64,000 nt of DNA. Origin: an uncultured Acidobacteriota bacterium (GTDB taxonomy: Bacteria > Acidobacteriota > Blastocatellia > RBC074). The stretch spans positions 32,001 through 96,000 of the forward strand of contig CAWCKY010000004.1 of NCBI GenBank assembly GCA_963796275.1. Reading direction: 5' to 3'. Below are positions 9,624 to 18,062 of this stretch, in pieces. Every line of letters starts with the position of its first letter. Within the stretch, counting starts at the first letter, position 1. The position numbers were made by a program, and so were the translations under genes. The notes beneath the pieces are model-generated. The model worked only from the letters and a program-made list of their open reading frames with translations. It was not told the origin of the DNA and did not search any database.

Positions 9624-11216
9624 TCAATGCGCATAAAGAATTTCCTTCTGCCCGAAGAGTCTCTCAGCTTTAATCCCCTTGCTGGCACAGCTTTTCAACA
9701 ACATGTTCGAGGAAACTATTTGCTTAGATTGCTCCGTGTATTTGAGGCTCATTATGTATGTCAACCATGGTTCCTGCCCCATAGCATAGACATATACCTC
9801 CTCACAGCCTAGTTGATTTACTATTCCCATAGCCTGGTCGTAGTCTGAGCCGGATAGCTTTCTGGAGTGGTCCATCTTCCTGTCTACGGGCCTGGTTATC
9901 AGCGGTCCATACAACCATGTTAAAGGCGCGCCATCGCATTCCATGCCTAGGAAGAGCACATCGACTCTTCCCATCAGTGAAAATATGTGCGCGTACAGTT
10001 TGGGCTCGATATTTGCTGAATCCGCGGCAAACATAAATGATTTGCCATTGAGATTGATCAGGTGTGCGATCTTACTGTTGATGCTCAAATCTGCATGCTC
10101 GCCTAAAAAGGGTATACCGGTTATCGTTCCTCCAGTAATATCAATAACCTCCAGCGGTTCGATCTCCCTAACATCCTTGAATCCGACATTTTGAAAGACC
10201 AGCTTGAGGGAGGGGTCCTGGAGAGAGCCACCTCCACTTCTGGGCAATATGACCGTCTTAACCTTATGCTTCAACTGCAACAATGATTCCAACATAATGT
10301 GGTCTTGATGCCCGTGCGTGATTAGTACGTAGTCTACAACCTCCGGCAGGTCGCGGAACGTAAAGCGTGGGATACCATTGTCGTAGGCGTAGCTGAGCAA
10401 TGGATCGATAAGTATGAAGACGTTCTTAGTCTCTACAGAGATACAAGCATGGCCGTAATACCGCAGTCTGACGCCATCGTTAGTGTAGCGCGAGCGTTCC
10501 GGCGGAGCTTCTTCGGTTAAGAACGTTTGAAACAGAGTCATATCTTCTGGTTGTAGTTTCAGTAGCTCGTTAATGTAGCCGATCGGTTGGGGATAGCTTC
10601 TCATCTTAAATAATTCATCAATAGCACGGTGAGCGAAAGGTATTTGCAATAGCAATGACCCGGGATTCGGCAGTCTTGGCGTGCTCAGCGCGAAGCCGCG
10701 GTAATCATCGTTGATAAGCGATAAGGATAGACTCTGCGACGAGGGATTATAATACTTACTCTTGTAGAGCAGCCCTTCTATGAATTTGATGGACGGGTTG
10801 TCATTCAGGTCGTATACCAACTCGACGTATCCCTTCAGGCATTCGGGGACCTGCAGATACAAAGGTTCAATGCAATAGCCATTCGCCTGAGACCTCAAAA
10901 GGGAGTCAACGGCCCGGGTCGAATCGGCAAAATCGATCATGTGGCTATGTTCTTTGAGCGTCTTATTCAGCAGGGCTTCTATCTCATTGACTCGTTCGCC
11001 TTGGTAGTCAATGAACGGGCCGCCAAGCAATGCCGGGCTCTTGACCGCTTTGGCATGAACTTGAGGTGCGGAAATGTAGGACTTCATTATTTTGATATGC
11101 TGATTGGCGATATTCATCGCCGCCGCCGCGGGGGCGATTAAATGGGACCATGCATACCACTGGTTGAATAATGGTTCCATCAGAACATTTTGCTTTAGGT
11201 AATGCCTTGTTGCCAT
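9624..11216 (-). CDS. MBL-fold non-heme diiron monooxygenase (CmlA/FrsH-type beta-hydroxylase), copy 1
   Basis: 530 aa; THGHQDH, FLGEHADL, AADS, LGMECDGAP, YAMGQEPW; paralog of the adjacent gene. Confidence 0.9.
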   Translation of the reverse strand: MATRHYLKQNVLMEPLFNQWYAWSHLIAPAAAAMNIANQHIKIMKSYISAPQVHAKAVKSPALLGGPFIDYQGERVNEIEALLNKTLKEHSHMIDFADSTRAVDSLLRSQANGYCIEPLYLQVPECLKGYVELVYDLNDNPSIKFIEGLLYKSKYYNPSSQSLSLSLINDDYRGFALSTPRLPNPGSLLLQIPFAHRAIDELFKMRSYPQPIGYINELLKLQPEDMTLFQTFLTEEAPPERSRYTNDGVRLRYYGHACISVETKNVFILIDPLLSYAYDNGIPRFTFRDLPEVVDYVLITHGHQDHIMLESLLQLKHKVKTVILPRSGGGSLQDPSLKLVFQNVGFKDVREIEPLEVIDITGGTITGIPFLGEHADLSINSKIAHLINLNGKSFMFAADSANIEPKLYAHIFSLMGRVDVLFLGMECDGAPLTWLYGPLITRPVDRKMDHSRKLSGSDYDQAMGIVNQLGCEEVYVYAMGQEPWLTYIMSLKYTEQSKQIVSSNMLLKSCASKGIKAERLFGQKEILYAH

Positions 11217-11412
11217 TGATATCTCCTAAGGTCTCATCCGGCCATAGGCAAGGAGTTCCCAGCCACCGAACCGTTCGGCGCGAATACCAGTGCCGCAGTT
11301 TTGTATAACTGAAGGTTGTGAGAATGAGAGAAAAAAAGACAGATCGATCGCGGTACGATCCCAGGTAGAATCACAATTCAAACGCCAGCCCAAACCCAAG
11401 CATTGGGTTGCT

Positions 11413-14400
11413 TCACTGTCGCCCAAGACCGGACAAATTACTGATGAGATTTTCAAAATCCCTTTGGCTTAATTCCGCCTCGGGGAAATCGCTAACGGCG
11501 AGGCCTCCGCTTTCAGTTCCAGTCAAGAGTTGGAGGGCTGATAAAAGTTGATCAGGATTGTTGACTATGCTCTCCAACAATCGCTGGTATTTCCCGGTCA
11601 TCCCAGCAATCGTCTCTCGCTCAAAGAGATTGACGTTATACTTGAACGAACAACTCAATCCTTCTTCGATCTCTTCCATGGTCAGGATTAGTTCGAATTC
11701 TGCCGTTTCGTTGTCTATCGGAAGCAAGCTGACCTCAAGTTCTCCAAGCTTCAATGATGGTATCGGCGCGTTTTGTAACACGCACAAAATCTGGATAAAC
11801 GGCGTCTGAGTCAATCCCCGCTCGGGATGCAAAGCTTCGACAACCTTTCCAAATGGGACATGCTGATGAGCAATTGCGTCAATCGTGATCTCCCTAACAC
11901 GTCCAAGCAATTCACGGAAGCTCGGGTCGCCTGATAAATCAATACGCAACGGTAACAAATTGACGAAAAAGCCGATCAGGCCTTCTGTCTCAGAAAGATT
12001 GCGGTTTGCGACGTCGGTGCCGACGATAAGGTCTTCTTGTCCGGTATAACGATAGAGGAGTGTTTGGAATGCCGCGAGCAACGTCATAAACAATGTCGCC
12101 CCTTCTCGCTGACTCAAATCCTTGAGACCCTCAGTTATAGCAATCGGCAATACAAACCGTTCGCACGCTCCCTGGATGCCCATTTTGCCGTGATGCGCTC
12201 GGTCGAACGGAAGTTTCGTTACCAAAGGAGCCCCGGCCAACTGGCGCTGCCAGTAAGCAAGTTGCGATTCCAACACCTCCCCCTGGAGCCAATCGCGCTG
12301 CCAGACGGAATAGTCGCCATACTGGATCGCCAATTCCGGCAATGGCGAAGGCATCTTAGATGAGAAGGCTTCATATAACGTCGCCAATTCATGGACCAAC
12401 ACGCCCATCGACCACCCGTCGCAAGCAATATGGTGAATCGTTATAACCAACACATGCTCTTCTTCATCGAGCCGTAATAACCGCGCCCTCATCAGTGGAC
12501 CATTGGATAAATCGAAAGGTTGTCTGACCTCTATCGTCGTTTGTTGTAAAGCAACCGACATGCGGTTGGTTTCCAGTTCTATATTCAGGTTGATTATATG
12601 TAGGTTCACCGGCGTTGCTTTCCCGACCACCTGAACCGGTCGTCCGGCCAATGATGTATATGTGGTTCGCAAAGATTCGTGACGCCTCACGATCTCATTG
12701 AGCGTCAGCTGCAACGCATCCATGTTCAGCCTTCCCCTAATGAGAAGTGCTCCAGGCAGGTTATAGGCGATATTGCCCGGCTCCAGTTGTTCAATGAACC
12801 AGAGGCGTTCCTGAGCGAATGAAAGCGGCAGATCTGGACCACGCTCCGCCGGCTTTATCGGAGGAACCTGCGTTTGCCTCGTGCTCTTTACTCGATCAAT
12901 ACACTCTGACAGGCTGGCGATGGTCGGATGCTCAAACAGTTGGCGGAACATCAGGTCTATCCCAAGAATGTCGCGCAGATGCGAGATCAGCCTCGAGGCG
13001 AGTAACGAATCCCCGCCGAGGGAAAAAAAGTTATCATGCCTACCGATACTCTCCACACCCAGTACTTTAGTCCATAACACTGTCAGCGATCTCTCGGAAG
13101 GGCTGATCGCCAGGCCACGGTTAGTGATCCGGGATCGAGTCCGCTCACCTCTGCTTATGCTACTTGACAATATTTCCAAGAGATCTACTTTTCGAATAAC
13201 ATCCAGACTACCATTCAGAAACCTCTCCATTGTTGCGCGCCGTTGTATCTTCCCGCTGGATGTCTTGCTAATCGAGCCCGGTTTAATCAGGACAACCTGG
13301 TGCACTTGTATCTCGTGCTCTTCCGCGATTGCCTCATATATTCTCCACACAATCTCATCATCATCCAGATTCCGGATTGCAGATCGCTCCAGCTCCTGTA
13401 CGATTACTAGTTGCTCCTCTCCATCCACTTCAATTGTGAACGCAGTTCCGCATCCCGCTCTGAGCGCCGGATCACTTCGTTCCGCCGTCAACTCAATATC
13501 CTGCGGATGATGATTTCGCCCTCGAATGATGATCAAATCCTTCAAACGGCCAATAATGTAAAGGTTCTCCTCCAAGGTGAATCCCAGATCACCCGTTCGA
13601 AGGAATCGCGTCTTGTCCCATCCAGTCAGTCGTGCGTTGAACGTTCGTTCTGTCTCCTCAGGGCGATCCCAATATCCATGGGCAACGCTCGGACCTGACA
13701 GCCAGATTTCGCCGACTTGTCCCTCCTGGCATTCGATTAAAGATTGGGGGTCTGCAATGACGAGTCTCTGTCCGCCATAGACCTTTCCGCAACTAACTAG
13801 GGTCCTGGTTCCTATGTCGTTTTGTGAGGCGAGAACAACTCGATTGTCTTCAAGGGCTGACTTCTGAACCTGACAAATGACGGGGCCGGAACTCGGTCGT
13901 GATGCGGTCACCGCCAGCGTTGCTTCGGCAAGTCCATACCCTGAAAACAATCCCTCGCGACGGAATCCGCACTCTTCGAAAGCTTTTGCAAACCGCTCTA
14001 ACGTATCATAACGAATTGGTTCGGAACCGTTGAAGGCCACTTTCCAACTACTCAGGTCCAGCTTCGCTCGTTCTTTCCGAGTGATCCTGTGAACACAAAG
14101 ATCATAAGCGAAATTCGGGCCGCCGCTAATCGTGGCCTGGTAGCGATTGATGGCCTGCAGCCAACGGACGGGGCGCTGGAGAAAGGCCGCCGGTGACATA
14201 AAGACGCAAGAAGCACCGCTATAAACCGCCTGCAGCGCGTTACCAATGAGTCCCATATCGTGATAAAGCGGCAGCCAACAGACGATCACACTCTGCTCCG
14301 AGACTTCATATGCCTCTTGTAACACTCCCTCATTGTGAAGCAGGTTTCCGTGACTCACCATGACACCCTTTGGCACAGAGGTCGACCCGGATGTGTACTG

Positions 14401-14940
14401 AAGGAAAGCCAGATCACCGCTCGTAAGTTGTGGGCGCGTCCACCGCTCGGTCCATTTAGATCGAGGATCATTAATGATGGTATCTGTGGCCAGCCATAGG
14501 GGTGGCTTCAAGCCCGGAGAGCGTTCGAAGTGTCGCTCGAAACCCGACAAGACTTGAGCTGTGGTCAATGTAGCCATTGCCTCAGTATCTGTGATAATTG
14601 CTTGCAGTCGCGTCAAGTTTCGATTGTGCCGAGGTGGGTACGCCGGAACGGCCACTGCTCCCGCATACAAACAACCGAAGAATGTACTCAGATAATCCAA
14701 TCCTGGAGGATAGAATAGAAGGATGCGCTGTCCGGAAGCTCCCATAGACTGTAGCCAGGCGCCAAGCGCCCGCGCTTGTTGATCCAGTTCCCGGTAAGTC
14801 AGGCACCCGTTTTCTTCTTCTCCTTCAATCAGGAACCTATAGGCAATTCTCTCCGGTTGATGCTCCGCCCTGCGCTGCAGAAGCTCCACCAGTGTCGCCG
14901 CGTTGAATGGCGAGCAATTAACGTCGGTCGAATATTTCAT
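11413..14940 (-). CDS. Lipo-initiation NRPS: fatty acyl-AMP ligase - carrier protein - condensation domain
   Basis: FAAL motifs LAFLQYTSGSTSVPKG, WLPLYHDMGLIG, GYGLAEATL, KTSSGKIQR; carrier FFSLGGDSL; C domain HHIACDGWS. Confidence 0.95.
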   Translation of the reverse strand: MKYSTDVNCSPFNAATLVELLQRRAEHQPERIAYRFLIEGEEENGCLTYRELDQQARALGAWLQSMGASGQRILLFYPPGLDYLSTFFGCLYAGAVAVPAYPPRHNRNLTRLQAIITDTEAMATLTTAQVLSGFERHFERSPGLKPPLWLATDTIINDPRSKWTERWTRPQLTSGDLAFLQYTSGSTSVPKGVMVSHGNLLHNEGVLQEAYEVSEQSVIVCWLPLYHDMGLIGNALQAVYSGASCVFMSPAAFLQRPVRWLQAINRYQATISGGPNFAYDLCVHRITRKERAKLDLSSWKVAFNGSEPIRYDTLERFAKAFEECGFRREGLFSGYGLAEATLAVTASRPSSGPVICQVQKSALEDNRVVLASQNDIGTRTLVSCGKVYGGQRLVIADPQSLIECQEGQVGEIWLSGPSVAHGYWDRPEETERTFNARLTGWDKTRFLRTGDLGFTLEENLYIIGRLKDLIIIRGRNHHPQDIELTAERSDPALRAGCGTAFTIEVDGEEQLVIVQELERSAIRNLDDDEIVWRIYEAIAEEHEIQVHQVVLIKPGSISKTSSGKIQRRATMERFLNGSLDVIRKVDLLEILSSSISRGERTRSRITNRGLAISPSERSLTVLWTKVLGVESIGRHDNFFSLGGDSLLASRLISHLRDILGIDLMFRQLFEHPTIASLSECIDRVKSTRQTQVPPIKPAERGPDLPLSFAQERLWFIEQLEPGNIAYNLPGALLIRGRLNMDALQLTLNEIVRRHESLRTTYTSLAGRPVQVVGKATPVNLHIINLNIELETNRMSVALQQTTIEVRQPFDLSNGPLMRARLLRLDEEEHVLVITIHHIACDGWSMGVLVHELATLYEAFSSKMPSPLPELAIQYGDYSVWQRDWLQGEVLESQLAYWQRQLAGAPLVTKLPFDRAHHGKMGIQGACERFVLPIAITEGLKDLSQREGATLFMTLLAAFQTLLYRYTGQEDLIVGTDVANRNLSETEGLIGFFVNLLPLRIDLSGDPSFRELLGRVREITIDAIAHQHVPFGKVVEALHPERGLTQTPFIQILCVLQNAPIPSLKLGELEVSLLPIDNETAEFELILTMEEIEEGLSCSFKYNVNLFERETIAGMTGKYQRLLESIVNNPDQLLSALQLLTGTESGGLAVSDFPEAELSQRDFENLISNLSGLGRQ

Positions 14941-14950
14941 TCTGCTAGTT

Positions 14951-15739
14951 TTAGACCTGCGCTTCCCGTAGGTTGATGAGGTTTAAGGTTAAACTCATGC
15001 ACGTCAGTCCGGCCTCAGCTTTCTCAAATTCTGAAATGTCGAGTATAGCTACTTGGAAGCCACGTTGTTCCACCAACGCGCGCGTTTGCGGATAACCGGA
15101 GGGAAGCAGCACGATTTTTCCTACAGACAGGGTATTAGCCGCCCATGGCTCCGTGGCAGGCACCTCTATGATCTCTGCCCATTCAAACGGACGAGCATCA
15201 ATCCACGAGCGGTTAAGAAGCACTGTGTTACGGCCCAGGTATGAACACCCTGTTGATAAATGTAAGCACCCATTTACTCTGACAGATCGTACATCGTAAC
15301 CATAGGGCGCCAAGATCATTCGCAACTGTGCAATCCCTTCTGTATTAGTACGACTTGATTCGCCGAGATAGAGGGTGCGGCCGATCCGTATCACATCGCC
15401 GCCTTCCAATGTCGCTGGCGGCTCGAGATATTTCAGAGGGCGGTGCCTCGCCAATACAGGAACTAAGCTATTGATTTCATCTCGCCTCCGCGAAGCCCCC
15501 ATTCGGGCAATGACAGCAAGTTCATCGACCACAACTGCGGTGTCTTCAATGAAAACGGCGTCTGGCAATGCTGGCTCTGGTGGGAGAGAAATTACCTTAA
15601 CTCCATTCTGTTTCAAGAACAGTTCATACGATTGATGTTGTCGAATGGCCTTGGAAATGTCTATCTGGACGCGGTTCAAATAGGTCAATTCACAGTTCCC
15701 GATACTGTGACTGACTTGGCGCGTAAACGCGGTCGGCAT
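14951..15739 (-). CDS. Dimethylargininase (DDAH)/amidinotransferase-superfamily guanidino-modifying enzyme
   Basis: 262 aa; PDAVFIEDTAV, LEGGD, LHLST and C-terminal GLTCMS with the catalytic Cys. Confidence 0.88.
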   Translation of the reverse strand: MPTAFTRQVSHSIGNCELTYLNRVQIDISKAIRQHQSYELFLKQNGVKVISLPPEPALPDAVFIEDTAVVVDELAVIARMGASRRRDEINSLVPVLARHRPLKYLEPPATLEGGDVIRIGRTLYLGESSRTNTEGIAQLRMILAPYGYDVRSVRVNGCLHLSTGCSYLGRNTVLLNRSWIDARPFEWAEIIEVPATEPWAANTLSVGKIVLLPSGYPQTRALVEQRGFQVAILDISEFEKAEAGLTCMSLTLNLINLREAQV

Positions 15740-15847
15740 TTTTCTCCTTCTTCTGTTACTCTCTCTTCGGCTACTTCGGATGACGCAAAACTAACGCTAT
15801 AGTTTAACTTCCCTTCGTTTAAACAATGTTCATACCATATTCAATTG

Positions 15848-17560
15848 TCAGGCTGGGGACAAAATCGGCGGGTTACTATACGTTGCAGATATTTTCTTTT
15901 CTGCTTTCTCTTCCTCTGTAATGAGACGATCTGAGATCAATTGGCCATCCTCAAGCTTAATGAGACGATCAGCTATGTAATAGTAGCGATCATCGTGGCT
16001 GACCACCAACACGGTTTTACCTTTGGATTTCAGCTCTGGCAAAAGTTGTAGATAAAAGACATCCTTGAACTGAGGATCCTGATCTGCAGCCCATTCGTCG
16101 AATATATATATAGGCCGGTCTTCGAGATATGCAGTCAGTAGTGCCAGGCGTTTGCGTTGGCCCTGCGACAACTCAGTGGTCGAAAGCAATCCATTTTTTA
16201 TCTGAACCTTATGGTCAAGTTGAAGCTGGGCTATATATTCGCGAGCCTGTGCATCGAGTCCCGGACGATCAAGCCCATATAGGCCATCAAACAGATAGAA
16301 GTCAGAAAACACGGCAGAGAAATGCTGGCGATAATAATCCCGATTCTGATTGCTTACCGGCTGCCCATCGAAGATTATCTCTCCACTTTCAGGCGCATAA
16401 AGAGCGGAAATCAGTTTAATGAGTGTTGTTTTACCGCTCCCATTACCTCCAGTAATAAAGACTATTTCTCCAGGATTCAATTTCAAATCTATCGGTCCGA
16501 GAGTAAAGTTGCTGTTTTCGCGTTCGCGATGATAAGTGTGAGTGACATTGATAAGGTCTACTTTCTTCCAGGGAAGAGTCGAATTTGCAAGTGGAGGCGC
16601 ATCATTCTCACTTATCTTGGCTGTGAGCAAATTCTCCAATTCACCGAGCTGATCTATTGCGATCTCGGCTTGACTGATTACTGGGTACGTATTAAGCACA
16701 AATTGAAGAGGGTGAATCATATAAAGAATGACGATAACGTATCCAGTGAGCACCTCAGTGGTTGCTCCTTGAAAGTTTGGGAGATTGAAAATTAGCAACC
16801 CAATCACTACAAAAACCAACAACTCTCCCCAATTTTCAGCAATAGCATAATTAGTCGTTGCGGCGATTCGGTCACGGGCAACGGCGGCAGCGGTAGCCTG
16901 TACATTCTGAGAGAAAAATGTTTCCCGGCGCTGGCGATGAAGTTTGAGCTCCTTGCTACCATCGACCAGGGCGTGAAAATGTTTGAGCAATAAAGTCCAA
17001 GAATCACGAGCGAGCATGTAATATTTATCGGCTCTTTGTGCAAGCACAGAGTAACCAAGGCCGCCCAGGGTAAAGATTCCAACTACTGTGAGGAGTAAAA
17101 TCCACGAGAGCCAACCCATATAAACCAGACAACCCAGTACAATCGCTGTGTTTATGCAAAGATTTGGCAGATTAAACAAGGCAGCCACAATTTTCGGAAT
17201 GTCATCGGTCAACGAGGCCATCAACCGGCTGGAGCCAATAGCCTCAAGGTCCCGTAAAGGAGAGGCGAGAATCCCGCGACTTAATTGTATTCGTAAACTG
17301 TACGCTGTCCCTTTGGCGAAGCGCCTGAGAGTAATCTGAAACACTGCCTTGCTGACAGCGAATAATGCACAGGCGGCGAAGAAACTCCACACTGGGGTTG
17401 CGCCAGGGGAGTTGCTTTGTTTCAATGCGCGGCTGGCCAAAGCCAACACAATCGTGTTACTTATCCCGCCCACAATGCCTACCAACATCATAATAACGAT
17501 GAAGCTTTTCGATCGGCTGGTGCTTGTGGAGTGTCGGAGAAAGAATGAAAATAGCTTCAT
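15848..17560 (-). CDS. Cyclic peptide export ABC transporter (SyrD/PvdE/YojI family)
   Basis: N-terminal TM helices; GGNGSGKT, LSQGQRKRLAL, FDEWAADQDP family signature. Confidence 0.95.
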   Translation of the reverse strand: MKLFSFFLRHSTSTSRSKSFIVIMMLVGIVGGISNTIVLALASRALKQSNSPGATPVWSFFAACALFAVSKAVFQITLRRFAKGTAYSLRIQLSRGILASPLRDLEAIGSSRLMASLTDDIPKIVAALFNLPNLCINTAIVLGCLVYMGWLSWILLLTVVGIFTLGGLGYSVLAQRADKYYMLARDSWTLLLKHFHALVDGSKELKLHRQRRETFFSQNVQATAAAVARDRIAATTNYAIAENWGELLVFVVIGLLIFNLPNFQGATTEVLTGYVIVILYMIHPLQFVLNTYPVISQAEIAIDQLGELENLLTAKISENDAPPLANSTLPWKKVDLINVTHTYHRERENSNFTLGPIDLKLNPGEIVFITGGNGSGKTTLIKLISALYAPESGEIIFDGQPVSNQNRDYYRQHFSAVFSDFYLFDGLYGLDRPGLDAQAREYIAQLQLDHKVQIKNGLLSTTELSQGQRKRLALLTAYLEDRPIYIFDEWAADQDPQFKDVFYLQLLPELKSKGKTVLVVSHDDRYYYIADRLIKLEDGQLISDRLITEEEKAEKKISATYSNPPILSPA

Positions 17561-17749
17561 CGATAATAACTCTTGTCAAGTAAAATGAAGAATTTGTATA
17601 AAGCCCGGAAACATGTGGCTCGCAGTCGGGATTACTGCGGTTTCGCAATCATCGCAGTGCATCCGCTGCGAAAGTCCGCACGCGCTCCGTGCGCCGGTTC
17701 TAGGGCTAAACCCTGCTTCGATCGAGGGTTTGATCGTGCCTCTTTTAAT

Positions 17750-17993
17750 GAGGACTGTGCAAATTAAAGTTGATTGTTATTAGTAGTTTCTGGTTGGCTC
17801 CGGGGGAGCCCGATGTTTATAGCTTAGATGATAATGTTCATCGCAAGCTCCAGAGGAGCGACATCTGAACGCCTATATACCGCTCCTCCGGAGCTTGTGA
17901 GGTTTGGATGATCGAGTACTATAAATATTCCGCGCCGCTGGCGCTCGGTACCAAAAACATTGATTCCAATGATCTTTTATTTGCACAGTCCTC
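17750..17993. mobile_element. 244-bp MITE with terminal inverted repeats and 9-bp target duplication, containing REP-like hairpins
   Basis: Ends GAGGACTGTGCAAA / TTTGCACAGTCCTC; TCTTTTAAT at 17741-17749 and 17994-18002; internal GCTCC..GGAGC stems. Confidence 0.85.
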
Positions 17994-18062
17994 TCTTTTA
18001 ATAGGTCATCCGTTGTTTGTTATTCGGATTTTGGTGAGAAAAACGTGTAATTTAACATTACG

